Shown piece after piece: positions 63,934 to 64,000 of a stretch of DNA of 64,000 nt. This DNA comes from Octopus sinensis. Its lineage: Eukaryota. The notes beneath the pieces were generated by a model. The model had not been told where the DNA came from. It saw only the letters and a list, made by a program, of their open reading frames with translations, and ran no database searches. How positions within the stretch are numbered: position 1 is the stretch's first letter; each line of letters begins with the position of its first letter. Position numbers and translations under genes: made by a program. The stretch is from NCBI RefSeq assembly GCF_006345805.1, contig NC_043003.1, forward strand, positions 102,486,001 to 102,550,000, read 5' to 3'.

Positions 63934-64000
63934 GTTAATCCAACATGAAAACACAAAGAGAAACACAACAATGCGAGGATGTGGAACAAGAAAGGAAAGA

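Overview
This is AT-rich eukaryotic DNA, dominated by microsatellites and transposable elements. The repeat repertoire (several tRNA-headed SINE families, RTE and R4/Dong non-LTR elements, Penelope-type ends, Helitron and piggyBac-type MITEs, mariner) looks to me like a coleoid cephalopod, probably Octopus; that is pattern recognition, not a database result. No intact protein-coding TE is present. Recognisable remnants are an RT-less Ty3/Gypsy (6.3-8.6 kb), RTE fragments (21-23 and 59-60 kb), a 5'-truncated R4/Dong element between (AAT)n tracts (34.8-37.2 kb), a second R4-like fragment and a mariner (53 kb). Almost all listed ORFs are microsatellite artefacts. CpGs are well kept in about 1-15.6 kb and eroded afterwards. 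Just upstream of that switch begins a phase-consistent chain of small + strand candidate exons (14.7, 16.8, 23.9 kb, then 42.9 and 50.2-52.3 kb), suggesting an unidentified large gene. Most worth following up: competing inverted arms around a candidate exon, an (AAT)n-targeted retroposon cluster, hammerhead-like motifs in Penelope ends, a fold-back SINE inside one TSD, and an in-frame TGA in a candidate exon. All exon calls and identities were made by eye; TE boundaries are approximate unless a TSD or terminus is cited.
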